Positions 39,905 to 53,878 of a stretch of DNA of 64,000 nucleotides are shown here, one piece after another; position 1 is the stretch's first letter, and every line of letters begins with the position of its first letter. The position numbers were made by a program, and so were the translations under genes. The notes beneath the pieces are model-generated. The model did no database searches and was not told where the DNA came from. It saw only the letters and a program-made list of their open reading frames with translations. Source of the stretch: Macrostomum lignano (Eukaryota); contig NIVC01001029.1 in assembly GCA_002269645.1 (NCBI GenBank), positions 85,847 to 149,846 on the forward strand, given 5' to 3'.

Positions 39905-41390
39905 GCGCAATGTCAAACATAGAAGAGCCACTATGTCGAACATTAAAGAGCCAACATTTTGAATATAAAAAGAGTTACCATGTCAAACATAAAAGAGCCA
40001 CCATGCCAAACATAAAATAAGCACTATGTCAAACATATACGTGACTCCATGTCAAAGATTAAAAAGCCACCATGTCAAACATAGAAGAGCCACCATATCA
40101 AACCTAAACGAGCCACCACGTCTAACATTTAAGAGCCACCATGTCAAAACATTTAAGAGCCACCATGTCAAACATTTAAGAACCACCATGTCAAACATTT
40201 AAGAGCCACCATGTTAAACATATATGTGACTTTATGTCAAACTTTAAAGAGCCACCATTTCGAACATTAAAGAGCCACCATTTCGAACATTAAAGAGCCA
40301 CCATGTAAAACATTTAAGAGCCACCATGTCAAACATAAAAGAGCCACCATGTTAAACATATATGTGGCTTTATGTCAAACATTAAAGAGCCACTATGCCA
40401 AACATAAAATAAGCACTATGTCAAACATATACGTGACTCCATGTCAAAGATTAAAAAGCCGCCATGTCAAACATAAAAGAGCCACCATGTCAAACATTTA
40501 AGAGCCACCATGTCAAACATTTAAGAGCCACCATGTCAAACATATATGTGACTTTATGTTAAACTTTAAAGAGCCACCATTTCGAACATTAAAGAGCCAA
40601 TATGTCAAACATTAAAGAGCCACCGTGTCAAACATAAAAGAGCCACCATGTTAAAAATAAGAGCCACCATGTCAAACATAGAAGAGCCACCATGTAAAAC
40701 ATAAAAGAGCCACCGTGTCAAACATAAAAGAGCCACCATGTCAAACATAAAAGAGCCACCATGTTAAACATTAAAGAGCCACCATGTCAAACATAGAAGA
40801 GCCACCATGTAAAACATAAAAGAGCCACCATGTCAGACATTAAAAAGCCACCGTATCAAACATAAAAGAGTTACCATGTAGAACAAAAAACAGCCACCAT
40901 GTCAAACATAAAAGAGCCACCATGTCAGACATTAAAAAGCCACTTTGTCTAACATTAAAGAGCCACCATGTCAAACATTTAAGAGCCACCATGTCAAATA
41001 TATATGTGACTTTATGTCAAACATTAAAGAGCCACCATTTCGAACATTAAAGAGCCACCGTGTCAGACATAAAAGAGCTACCATTTGGAACAAAAAAACA
41101 GCCATGATGTCGAACATTAAGGAGCCACTTTGTCTAACATTACAAAGCCACCATGTCAAACATTTAGGAGCCACCATGTCAAACATAAAAGAGCCATCAT
41201 GTGAAACATATACGTGACTCAATGTCAAACATTAAAGAGCCACCATGTCAAACATTAAAGAGCTATCATGTCAAACACAAAAGAGCTACCATGTCAAACA
41301 TAGAAGAGCTACCATGTCAAACATTAAAGAGCCACCTTTTTAAACAAAAAAGAGACACCATTTCAAACATAAAAGAAGTGTCATGCCAAA
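39905..41390. repeat. Degenerate 23-bp minisatellite (ATGTCAAACATTAAAGAGCCACC)n
   Basis: Tandem periodicity with many substitutions. Confidence 0.95.
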
Positions 41391-41444
41391 CAAAATGGAA
41401 CCATTATAAAGCTAAGGAAATTGTTGCACTAGCTACTTGTTCTC

Positions 41445-42100
41445 TGGTGGATGCTTGCTATTTAGGGATGGATACTTGCTTACAGGGGGATGCTTGCTCT
41501 TGTGGGTGGAGGGTACTTGCTATCTGAGAGGGGGTTGCTAGATATCTATAAGGTATCTTTGTATCAGGGGTTGCTATCAGGGGTTGCTTGCTGTCTGGGG
41601 GATGCTTGCGATCTGGGGGATGCTTGCTATCTGGGGGATGCTTGCTATCTGGGGTCTGGGGGAATGCTTGCTATCTGGGGGATGCTTGCTATCTGGGGTC
41701 TGGGGGAATGCTTGCTATCTGGGGATGCTTGCTATCTGGGGGATGCTTGCTATCTGCGGGATGCTTGCTATCTGGGGGATGCTTACTATCTGGGGTCTGG
41801 GGGAATGCTTGCTATCTGGGGATGCTTGCTATCTGGGGTTGCTTGCTATCTGGGGGATGCTTGCTATCTGCGGGATGCTTGCTATCTGGGGGATGCTTAC
41901 TATCTGGGGTCTGGGGGAATGCTTTCTATCTGGGGATGCTTACTATCTGGGGTCTGGGGAAATCCTTGCTATTTGGGGATGCTTGCTATCTGTGGTTGCT
42001 TGCTATCGGGGGGATGCTTGCTACCTGGGGGATGCTTGCAGTCTGGGGGATGCTTGCTATTTGGGGATCGATGCTTGAATGCTGTCTGAGGATGCTTGCT
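41445..42100. repeat. 18-bp G-rich minisatellite (GGGGGATGCTTGCTATCT)n with GGGGTCT insertions
   Basis: Tandem periodicity. Confidence 0.93.
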
Positions 42101-42489
42101 GTCTTGGGATGTTTTGTTTTTAGAGGGAATGTCTGTTGTTGTTTTTTAAAGGCTTTATTTCGCTGTCTATTTGTTATTTTTAAAGAACAAGGATTCTATC
42201 CAGATGTCCCCCATCGGGGGGCGAAGATTGCTAGTGTGACTCTAATCTTACTAAAAAGTATAAATTTTGCTCAGGATTATCAAGACAATTATCTGCTTAT
42301 GTAATTATCCTAATATAAGAGCTTAAGTCGCCCTAATGAGTTCAAGTATGGAACAAGGACAACTAAAACAATTTATATATAGGATGCGACACTCATGTTT
42401 TATGAAAAAAAGTTTTGAAGGCCACTTTCAAAGAAGAATCTGTGTCAGTTCTGAAGGCCATTAAATTTGTAATGCTGTCTTGATGCTGT

Positions 42490-42800
42490 CTTTGCTATGC
42501 TTAAGCAGTAAATTCTGAGCACAGGCTAAACTGGACACTTTGAAGCTGAGCTACCAGAGCCTGCATACAATTTCTGGAAACAGCCATAGTGGATAAAGCA
42601 TTCAAATGCTACGAGGTTGCCTGCATGTACTACCTACAATACACAGAAAGCTACACCAGAGGGCTGGTCCACATGCAGGCTACAATGGAGCAGCTAGAGT
42701 ACTTAGCTGAACACTTTGACCCAATCTGTAAGCTAGTACCAATCAATGGGCTTACTTATATATATCGGCACAAAATACAAATAATCTATGGCAGGTACAC
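42490..42800 (+). mobile_element. Possible decayed Gypsy integrase (zinc-binding region) relic
   Basis: Broken frames give GHF...FW...PACTTYNTQKATP / RGLVHMQATMEQL, reminiscent of the HHCC-to-core junction; many stops. Confidence 0.3.
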
Positions 42801-43514
42801 GCAGAGATCCTGATAATAATTATATTATCTTTTAATAGCAAACTGCATTTTAAAACATACCTATAATCTTTTGGAACAGATTATTATCTACAACTGCTGC
42901 CTTGTATACATTTTAGTGTTTTTATTATCTATGGTGTTTATTAATTAATGAGACTTGAATATGTCACACTTGCCTATGCATATTATTGTGCGATTGTGCC
43001 CTTTTTTGCCTCGTGCTCCATCCCAACCCTCTCAGTCTGCCCACCCTTCCATTTTTCTCAATAATCAATGCATACACTGATCACCATGTCATACCACCTC
43101 CCCCTACTGTACCATACATTTGTTCTAAAAGTATTCATGTACTTGTAGGTCAGATAATGAATATAATGAATTTGCTGTTTAGTAGGTAGCTGCAGCCTTG
43201 CATTCTCTTGGTCCTATCGTTGGCTACTTCAAAACAAACTTACTTGCCTAAAAGCTTGTGAGTTCTGTTCTGTCTTTTTCTTGCTTTTCCTTAGGGCGCG
43301 AGATGGGAGCTTTAACTGACTGGGGACCTGGGGTTGCAGCTTCCCAACCGGGTTCAGCTGTAGGCGTCACTCTGGAAGATAGGGCACACAACAACCAGTG
43401 TCATGACCAGGATTCCAGTTAGGGTTTCTATTAGATTTCCATCTGTGTTGTCTGGGGTAGTGCATTAGTGAATTAGTGATTTATAGTGTGTTAGTGAATT
43501 AGTTTTGTGCAAGC

Positions 43515-44280
43515 AATCACGGCCAATTTAGATGATCTTATTGGTGCTTTGATAGTGAGAATCCAGGAGCAGTTAAATGTGGGTCAAAACATTCCATATC
43601 CAAATAAGTATTTGCCAACTCAAGATTTTGCTTTGTGGATGCAACAATTTTACCACATACTGCAAGGCCACTCAGATCCCTGAGGATCAATGGAAGTAGA
43701 ACTTGCTGAGTTTGTTGGATTTTGGCACAACTTTTAAAGCAGTGGCCAATCTTGAGCTGGATAATGACTTGGGATATGCAGTATTTATGGAGCAGCTAGA
43801 GGCTTGCTTCAGTCAGAATTGCACATCCTAGGATTACAAGACAGAGTTTCAGAACCAGAGTCAAAAAGATAGAGAAGCCCTAGAGGACTACGCTGATGCT
43901 TTTAGAGAGCTTATGTGTAGGGCATATCTGGCTCTGCCAATAAAGCAGAGGGACAAATTAGCAAAAGACTGATTCTTGAAAGGGGATTTGAGTTCTAGAC
44001 AGGGTGCTTGAGAATGTCTTGCTATAGGACCCTGACATATTACAGGCTGTGATCCAGCGAGTGTGCCAAACTCTCATATTGATGAAACTGCTGGAGGGAA
44101 AGTGGTCAGTCCATGTGGTAAACAGTCAGGTGGCAGCTGCTACAGCGGATAGTGAGACAGTGCACATGGCTATAGAGATTATCAGCTTGAAGGCAAAGCT
44201 CACTCAGCTAAAGCAAAAAGGGGCATCAGCCTTGGGGGGTATAGCCAAATCTACTAAATCCTCTCATGGAGGATAGGGTA
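43515..44280 (+). mobile_element. Degenerate Ty3/Gypsy gag relic
   Basis: PNKYLPTQDFALWMQQF / YCKATQIPEDQWK*NLLSLLD...Y..FMEQLEACFS...YKTEFQNQSQKDREALEDYADAFRELMCRAY...RDKLAKD*FLKG is a retrotransposon capsid-type pattern with stops and frameshifts. Confidence 0.7.
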
Positions 44281-46661
44281 CACAACAATACACTCTTATT
44301 TTTTATATTTAGCCTAATAATTGCCAACATAATATATTACACTTGCAGCAAAGTTAAGTTAAGTTAATATTACACTTAAAACCAATAGCCTAAACTATAA
44401 GGTGACATTATTTCATTTGATATTCGCTCGTATTAGAAATTTTGATAAAATTCCTATTTACTGACTATTGTCTTACATTTTTTAATAGGTTGGTTTGCCT
44501 TTGTATCTTACCCTAGTAACTGGATATGCTAAAATGTTTCTTTTATTTTAGAATGTTTATTCTTGCTTTAAGACACTAATGACTAGGGCCTAGGCCTAAT
44601 TATAGCAAAAAACAAGTTTTCTTGTCTCCTTAGACAATTTATAATTTTAAGTATAAGCTTAACTTTTATAGTCATATAGATGTTTTTGTTAAAGTTTTGG
44701 CTATTTTAGCTATATTAGATTTATTATTAATTATTAATAAGTCAGCAATCCTTCAGTTTATAATCACAATCTATATTGCAAGTTTTGGTTTACAATCACC
44801 TATTTTGCTAGTTACAGTTTACAATCACCTATTTTGCCAGTTTTGGTTTACAATCACCTTATATTTTGCTTACTGCAGTGCAAAAATGGCATGTTCAAAA
44901 CTAAGACATAAAAACCAATAGTAGTAATTCAAATGAAAAGAAAGCAAAAGTTGACTGATCAACTAACTTTGTTTATTTGAAAATGAAAAGATTTTACATT
45001 GGTTCACTAGTAGCTTATATATATCACCTTCAGTTTATAATCATCTGAAGCTGGCTATAGGAAAGCATGTCAACCCTAGCTTAGTATAATTAATCTTCAG
45101 AGCTGCACCCCCTCTCACATTTTTTGAAATAAACAAAGTCAATTCACCAACATTTGATTTTGTTTCATTGGAAACTATGGATTTTATGACTTACAACTGT
45201 TTTTTTGTTGTGATCATCACTGTTTAAGGTGATCGTCACTGTTTGGAATGATCATAAACTGAAGGAATGCCAATAAGTCAACATATGATAAAATTATTTA
45301 TTAAGTCAAGTCTTTAGGATAAAGATTTTGATTAAACTTTGACTTAAAAACTCTAAGTTTGAGCCTAGGTTAGGGGGTCCAGTAATAAATTTTTTTTGAA
45401 ACTCAAATTTTTAACTATACCATGTTGCAGCCCTGGATGTTATAAGTGAAATGACACCAGACTTTTGAAAATTGATCAAGTAATGAAAAAGTTATGAAGT
45501 TTTTCGTTTCAAAAAATGGTATTTTTTCTATCTCAAATACATTAAAAACTGTGCCATTTTTAGGCAAAAAGCATGTTTTTTTGCAGTAAAATGTTTGTAA
45601 CTTTTTTACTTCATAACATTTTCTAATGTTTTTATACATATATACTGTTCTATATAAGTAGTTATCTGGGGATTAAGACAGAAAAGGGGAAGAACATTTT
45701 TTTTCTAGAGTACTACTTTTTGGCTTTATCATGGTATTCTTTCTATTAACCTTAATTTGTATTACTTTCATGTTAAAAAATACTTGTATATTATAATTAG
45801 TAAGATTTTTGACTTTCTACTATAAGTAGTATGCAAAAAGTTGACCAGGCCCATTATTTCCATGAAAATGGGTCTTCTAAAGTACCACTCTGGTTGTCTA
45901 AAAATCAATGTAGCTCCTGACAATCTTAATCTTCTATCTTCATGCTGAAGTCATTAAAAACTTTTTTGTAGTCTGTCTGACAATTGTAATGAATCAATGC
46001 TTTACTAAGTAATATGTTACTAAATTATGTACTTTCATGTTTGAAAAGGCCATGCCCGAATTCAGCAATTGAATCTACCTTTACAGTTTACCTGCATTAT
46101 TTGATTCATTTACTTCTTCACTGTGTTGACTTTTCAGCACAATAGCTTTCCGTTGTAATCCAGTCAATTTGTCAATTTTGTCAATTTGTTGTGTAACACA
46201 CTTGACTCAACACACTTGCTGCTGCAGCCTTGAATGCTGAACTAATTTTTGGAGGTCTTTTTAGGCTAGGCTAGGCCACTAGGATCGACCTTCAGGCAAA
46301 TAAAAAATTAATATTTATGCTAAAGCTAAATGCTAAAAAATACATTCCAAAATCTCATTGAAGTCCCTAATCGAATGCGTTGCATATTTGGCAAGAAAAT
46401 AGGCCTAAGTGAGGCTAAGCACACTTGAAATTCTCTCAAAAACAGCACTGCTAAAAATAATATGGCAATAGCAATATAGGCTGATACTGATAGGCAATAC
46501 CCACAATCATGGACCACGCTCACAGTCACTCATACCTGACAATGCAATGAATTAAATTAAATAAAAAATGTAGATAACAAAGAGTTTAGCGATCAGTGCA
46601 TGTTAGACTGGTAATTCTTTCACTTATATTTATAGGATGGACGTAAGGCTAGTTCCCAGTG

Positions 46662-46800
46662 AGCTCCGCGAAACCCACAAACCCAAGGACACGCGCGAAG
46701 CGCGTGTCCTTGGGTTTGTGGGGTGAGCGGAGCGAACGCGCGAGGCACAAAGTGCCGAGCATGAGGAACAAACAGCCAGCCAATGCGCGAAGCGCATTGG
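46662..46800. other. Cluster of perfect hairpins, including a 23-bp stem with a GAA loop
   Basis: CCCACAAACCCAAGGACACGCGC-GAA-GCGCGTGTCCTTGGGTTTGTGGG (46674-46722); GGCAC-AAA-GTGCC; CCAATGCGC-GAA-GCGCATTGG (46780-46800). Confidence 0.9.
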
Positions 46801-48987
46801 GTGGTCTGGCTTGTGACGAATATAATAATATGAGACGTGTGCATCGAAAAAATGACAAGAAAAATCTCACAAAAACTGCTGTAACTTCAAAACTACAAGT
46901 GCGAATTTCACAAGTGAGGTGTCATTTTAAAGAGAAGAATCTGATCTATTTAACGAGTATAGTTTTGTATGGATTCACTGCGGAGAAAAGGAACAGGCTT
47001 CAGTTGAAATGTTTGTCTTAAGATTATGTCTTTACAAAAGTGCATTTCCTCATGCACATTAAAACTCGAGCTAAAAATGTTCGAGGGTTATAGGTGCGCC
47101 TTACTAAGATGCATAACATTATTGGGTTGTTTTTTTCAATTGTATCAAAAAGTTGGCACTTTGGTTGCAAAAAATGCAAAAATTGAAAATGTACTTTTAC
47201 AGTTTTTTGCATTTTTTTCTATACTGCTAATAGTTAAGCATACATACTATGCACCAATTGATGCGCAATTCAAAGATACACAAGTGTGGAAGTTTTCAAT
47301 TCTTAAACATTTGAAATCAGAAAGTTATCGACGAAAGACTAAAAATCATGATCTCAAACTGATTTGAGGAAAAGTGCTCATTATAATTTTTGGAATATGG
47401 AAGAAACAATTCAACGCCGTCATCTAATTCCAAACTAACTGTACTTTAAGGTACTGCGATGATTTTTTTATTGAAAGAGCGAAACCTGTTTAAATATTTG
47501 AAAAAATGGAAAAAAGTACCTTTTTTCATAGAAATACACTCTTTTGACTGCTTAATCCGATTTCCAACAACAAAATAGTTGCTTTCCTGCTGGTGCAAAC
47601 CGTTATTAGGGTGAATTTTCAAAATTGCATACTGTGCCAAAAGTAAACTGAAGCTTAATATTTATAAACATTAGAAACGGGACCACTAATGGGTATTTTA
47701 CTTTGGTTACTTACTATGGACTAAACTGGCACTGGCAGAGACAGATTTGAGAGAAACTAATTGCTCCATTGTATTTGTATTTGGCTCCAGCGTTACAAAT
47801 TACAATAGCTATTTCGGGGTCTAACCGGCTAAGTTATCAAAAAAGCTAGATACCAATCACCAGTTTCATCATCAGCTATACCTACCACGATTTTATAGTC
47901 ACATGCAACAGTAATACCCTCCTTTAAAAGTTTTCAATATCTAAAATGATGTGTTAAATTTTATAAAATTTCATAAACAGTGAAATTTTAGCTGTTTACG
48001 TGCTGGTGGTTTGAACGTAGCTACTTTGTGCGAAAATACACTGTCATTAATACTAATACCGTACCTATTATTGTATTTATTGTATTGAAAGTTGATGTGT
48101 AAATTGTACTTTTCTATTTTTTTGTCATTCGTTATCGCACTCGGGCCGGCCTGCCTGCCTTGTGGGGTGTGGTGGCCTTGGCCACTTTCTCCCCCTTCTG
48201 CTAGGATCCAAAGCAAGCTTTCAAGTGTACATTTAATATTATCGATCGATTATTTAAAACAAGCCTCTAGTGGCTGGTGTTGAGAGTGAGTGGCCTTGAG
48301 TGTACGCGAAAGCAAGAGGAAGCCCATGGGCGGACTATATGAACCTTCCTTTAGTGGAAAGTTGGGCCTTGTGCATTGGATAGTGTACGCTACACAAGAC
48401 AGAAGGTAAAGAGAAAGAGAACGACAGGCTAGCCAATAGCGATAGCATGTGCTTCTTTCTCTCCAGTCCACTATGGTAGGGGGGGGGAGGGGGTGTCAGA
48501 CGGCCCAACTCTAACCCCCATACCCAAAACAGCGTACATGTAGAATAAGAAGGGATTGGGTCCAGATAAGTCTTCCCAAATGTACATGTATGTACAAAGA
48601 CAAACACAGACAAGAAAAATGGCTCTAAAAACCATTGTTATTGTTACACTGTGTGTCTATTTTTATTAACTTGACTTTGACTTGTCTTTACTCTAGCATG
48701 GTCAAGGATAATTACTGTTACTTCATACCTAATTTACAATTAATTGCATAAGATTAAGAAGGAATAATACAATCGAGGTCGAACCCATGATCACTTGACC
48801 CACCCACCCATGATCACTTCTGATTCTGACCTACATGTATCTACTATATCCTGCCAGTTTCTCCAGTTTTATGGGTCTTGGTGTCGGTGATTCGAGCAAT
48901 TCCATTACATTTTATCGGTGCAGTGCGTCTATTAATGCTTAGCTACTTGTATATGTGTTGCAGAACTTATGCTCGTAGTTTCCCTTC

Positions 48988-49765
48988 TAGGGATGTTGAC
49001 CCCGGGAGTGCTCCCCGGGAGCTTGTCGGGGAATACTCTCCGGGGAATTTAACCGGGGACCCTGGGGAGAAAAAATATGAAAAAATGCATTTGTAACTTA
49101 ATTTTTGCCATTAAAATAAGAAACTGATTCACAGAAAGCTGATTGAAACTCTGTCTATGCTCTTTTACCGCATAATTGCTTATTTCAATGCATTACATGT
49201 ATTTGAAACACAACACACGTTTGATTGTTTTTTCACTAATAAGTCATTCAATCAAGCAAATTGCACGTAGAAAAGAAACCCGTCAGGAAAAAGAAGCCTT
49301 ACTGACTAGTGACTGCTGTGTTGGTCTGCGTTGACGGCTTGACGCAGGCGCAGCGCTGCGTCATGCGTCAGGCACTGACGCATAGGGGGTGTCATACATA
49401 TACTCCCTATTAGACAAGGACAAAATGGTGATTTACATATATATGCAAGAAATAAAATTCCGATTATAAAAACAGTCTCATTCATTAATTATCCTCTCAC
49501 GAGCGTAGCTGTTTAGCATGCATTCCAACAAATGCACTTTTCCGATAAAGGTGCGCGCACGATTTCGTGATGCCACATTGTCAAATACAGTTTAAAAAAA
49601 CATTGTTTAAAATTTTTACCCCTGCGCCTTGAACATGTAGTACAAAGCTTAAATCAAAGTTTAAAAAATTCCACTTACAATCTAAGTGATCCGCCGTTTT
49701 TACTTATTTTTTCTTTTCACCGGGGTCCCCGATAAGATAATTCCCTGGGGAATCGACATCCCTAA
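48988..49765. mobile_element. hAT-like MITE (~780 bp)
   Basis: TIRs TAGGGATGTTGA / TCGACATCCCTA(A); 8-bp TSD TTCCCTTC at 48980-48987 and 49766-49773; several subterminal CGGGGA motifs. Confidence 0.75.
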
Positions 49766-50929
49766 TTCCCTTCCTATAAATCATTTGACGTTAGAGACAT
49801 TTTACAACTCTCGCCCTACTTTATCTATTAGGCTAACTTTATGTATGACACGACGCAAAATATTAGGAGCATCAGCGTTAATAATGCCTTGAAAGTCTTT
49901 AAATAATCGATACAACACTAGGTATTATAAAATTCCAACCCCAAAGCTCACTGGGGCGAAAAGACTTTGTCTTCATTAACTAGTCCAATGACGAATGAAT
50001 ATTTCTCATCTGTAAACACATGATAAATAGCAACAACAACCGACGGTCTGTAAGACAAAAGCAGCACTTTAACAAATAAATACATATGCGCTGCATCAAA
50101 ATTTGTTGCAATATATTATTATGCCTAATAAAAAGAATAAAAGACGTAGTTATGCTGTAAGTTAAAAAACTAAATTTTATTTTTTGTTATTTAAAACGAC
50201 ATATTCCCTAGAACACTAATTATAGCCGTTGAAGCACACAAAATATCTAGGTTTAATAATTGGACCTGCTTGTGCTTCATGTATCATTTTGATAAAAAAC
50301 ATGATACCATGCGCACCATTTTGTGGGCTGGATTTTTTTTCGTAAAAAGAGTATAAAAACTTTTATTTAACTTTTGGCATCCAAAGTGAACTTATTCAAG
50401 CTTGATACCAAAAATGACAATTGACATATAATTTAACTTTAGGCCTAGATATGAATTATCAGAAACAAGACTGTCTTATGTCAATAATTAACAACAGACA
50501 TAAACAAAAAATTTATGGTATCTAAATTTTCAGAACTTATTACTAATGTTAGGCCTAGTCGATTTTAAAATTTATATGCAACCATTTTGTTTGCCACTTG
50601 ATTGCAGCCAAGAAAATGACTTCTTTGAAAATGAGAAATAAAATGTTTTACATATTGTGAAGCCATATTTTATAAGCTATTGCAAGTCATGTAAAATTTA
50701 AAATTCCAATGAGATGTCATTTATGTAGAATATAATTTTTAACAAGGCTCATTAAAAATGAGTGACTGATGAATGGCTCTAATGAATGGCTTTAATATAT
50801 TAATAATTAATTTTTAATAATTTTTAATAAGGCTCAATAGGCCTATTTTTAACTCTGTAAGAAAAAGTGACATTTTTATAGACAGCCACCCAATGCACTT
50901 TAAAAAGTGTTGGTGCACTTGATACAAAT

Positions 50930-51830
50930 ACAATCCACTTTGGTAATAACCACTTTGGTAAAAAATGACCATTTTGTATATTTTGATAATCGCCATTTTG
51001 GTAATTGCCACTTTGGTAGGCCTAAAAAAGCAGATTTATGACTGTCACCACTATATATTTTTTATAATTAACTTAAACAATGATTAGGCCACATTTAACT
51101 TTTTTTGCTATCTATGAGAGCATAGATACTACTTTCATCATACATACATAGATACTACATATATCTACTTTCATGTTCGGTTGATGAGATCTTACCCTAG
51201 TTAAAAAATTAATATCTTAAATATATTATTTTTGTAAATGGTTTAATTTTCTTATTAAAGTGTATTAAAATTTATTTAAAATAGTGCATTTACTTTGAGA
51301 AAAATTTGAAGGCAAAGAAAATTAAGCAAAGTGCATTCTAAAAATTAAAATTGTATAAGTAATTGACAAAGAGAAAAGTAGATTCTGTAATTTCAAGTTG
51401 CTAACTTAGAGATTTTAATGTATACAATATTTGGTCTTTGATGTATATATCTAGTATATTTGGAAATCAAAAAAGATCAAAAGAATCAAAATCTCTTGAA
51501 GTATATATGAATATATTTTATTTTTTTTTTGTCTTTTTTCCTTTAAGTTTATTTTTACATTTTTTGGAGCATATCAATATATATTCCAAAAATATATATT
51601 GATATATATACTACCCTATCAATATATATATATTGATTGATATGCTCCAAAAAATGTAAAAATAAACTTAACTTTAAAATAAGTTTAAATAGCTATATAT
51701 ATTGCTATTCTTACTTATTACCAAAGAGGCTATTATCAAAATGGCTGTTATCAAATTGGTCATGGTTTGTTACCAGTGGCTATTAGGGGCCTACTAAAGT
51801 GGCTATTACCAAAGTGGACTATTACCACTT
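50930..51830. repeat. Foldback-like structure: inverted ~15-bp-unit arrays around an internal perfect 36-bp inverted repeat
   Basis: (TAATAGCCACTTTGG)-like units at 50930-51020 and reversed at 51720-51830; perfect IR at 51543-51578 / 51636-51671. Confidence 0.6.
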
Positions 51831-52493
51831 AGTGTGCTATGCCTTTCCAATGCAACATGACATCTAAAGGGGCTAAAGGATGGCATGCTAGAAGGGCTAG
51901 CTATAGGGTAGTTTGCCAGGGGGATAGCATACTAAAAAGGTAGGTGGCAATCCTCTAGTTTAACAATGGAACAATGGAAAATTTGTTAAACTAGAGCCTA
52001 CTAAACAAAAAGGACTTCAGGTATCATAGTAATTTACCACCTAGAAAAGGATAGTTTTATATAGCTGGCAATAGCACCAAAGAAACTCATCAAGCTATGT
52101 ATCAAATAGGACCTTATATACCAGAGTTGCCAAAGTTGCTAAGGTCTGCTGCAGGTTATATATATCTATGATGGGAATTATACTAGTGGGTACTATAAGG
52201 TATTTAGCCATGACTGCATAAAAAGAGTTATTGCTCAATATTGATAAAAAGCAAGCAAGCCAAGAAATCTCTCAAAATCCTATCCCTCCTATCCCAATTC
52301 CTTTTCAAAAAACAGTGAGTGATTGCAGGTTTTGGCCATAAAGATAACAAATAGCTAACTCAAACTAGTAGACAGAGATAAAATTGATATATTGCCACAT
52401 CTTTAACTTGCATAAGTTTAAATATTTTATTTGTAATAACTAAAGAAGTTTTTATTATTTGTAAAATAATAAAACATTCAAAACTAGAAGATT

Positions 52494-53878
52494 ACTTACT
52501 TACTTACTACCACGGGGGGCAGAGCGCCGCGAACAGGCCGCAAGGCCCCTATCGCAACCCCAAGCTAAACAGAAACAGAAAGGCGTTAGCCTTGGGGCTG
52601 CGCCCACCCCTCGCTGGCAGAAGAGCTCGCGAGAGTGGCATCTGCAATCTTCATCTGCCCAGAATCCCGAACGAATGCATGTAGATCACGGATACGGTCT
52701 GGAGTGGTGAGCTCGTCAAGCCTTAGCGGGTGACCGAGGTGATGCCTCCGCGCCTCGTTGAAGTGCGGGCAGAAAGTGACGTGGTGCGTCGAGGTTTCCT
52801 CCTCTAAATCACAGAATGGGCAGATAGGGGAGCAGCCACTTTGCAGTGAAATATGTCTCTGGAAGAAGCCATAGCCAGTAATGACCATGCACATCTCCCT
52901 CAGGTCAGTTTTACTTAAGGAGATAAGATATTCGGATACTTTCCGGTTAATGGCAGGCATAGCCTTTCGTGCTTGCAGTATTCGGAGCAGCTGTCCCAGT
53001 GAGTCTGATGCTGGCGGTTCAGCCAATCTTGAATGGCGCGGTTGATTGATGACTTTGGAGAAGGTAACTTGACTGAGCGTTGCGCTCCATCAGGGGTGCA
53101 ACCCCGCTTGGCAAGCTGATCCACAAGCTCGTTGCCGAGGATGTTGCTATGGCCTGGTGTCCAGATAACATTGATCCTGTTGAGAATCGCTAGGGTCTGC
53201 AAGCTTTTGAGGCATTCTGAGACTGACTTGGTTGAGAGCTTGATAGAAGACAAGGCCTTAATAGCGGCCTGGCTGTCAGAGTAAAAATAAATGTCAAAGC
53301 TGCTGATGCCAGCTTTGTGCAAATGCTCAGCACACTGGTTGATAGCTACAACTTCGGATTGAAAAACCGAGACATTCTCACCAAGATGAAGACTCTCTTG
53401 TAAGATCGCTTCACCCTTGTGGAAAATGGCAATGCCCGCACCAGCGAGACCGTCACGCAGGGATCCGTCAGTGAAGCAGTGAATACCCTGGCTTCTCCAG
53501 TTGATGCCCACATCCAGCGGGTGACTCCCTCTCGGTGGAAGAGTACACTTGAAGCCCCTCCTGAGGATGAGAGTGGGGGATCTGCAGTCCACCTCGTCTA
53601 AATTGAGGTGGATGCGTTGAAGATCGCGACGGATATAGTCCAGATGTGGGAAAAGAGTCTTCTCGGGCATGAAGCCCGAGGGCGTGTTAGCAATAAATTT
53701 ATCACAGATGAGACACGCGGCGCCCTTCATCGCCTCAGCTCTAATGAACAAATGCAGCGGAGGCATGCTGAGGATGGTGTTGAGCCCCTCGTAAGGGGTG
53801 GATGGATACGCACCGGTGATGGCTCGGCAGATGCTACCCTGCAGCTGGTACAACTGGTCCCGTACAGTCTTCAACTCC
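52494..53878 (-). mobile_element. Second 5'-truncated LOA/Lian-like LINE (RNase H + CCHC), one frameshift near 52975
   Basis: FTDGS...VFQSEV...FYSDSQAA...[19 protein letters not shown]; CPFC...H...CP; ends PQG* like copy 1. (TAAG)n tail; TSD AACTAGAAGATT at 52482-52493 and 53879-53890. Confidence 0.93.
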
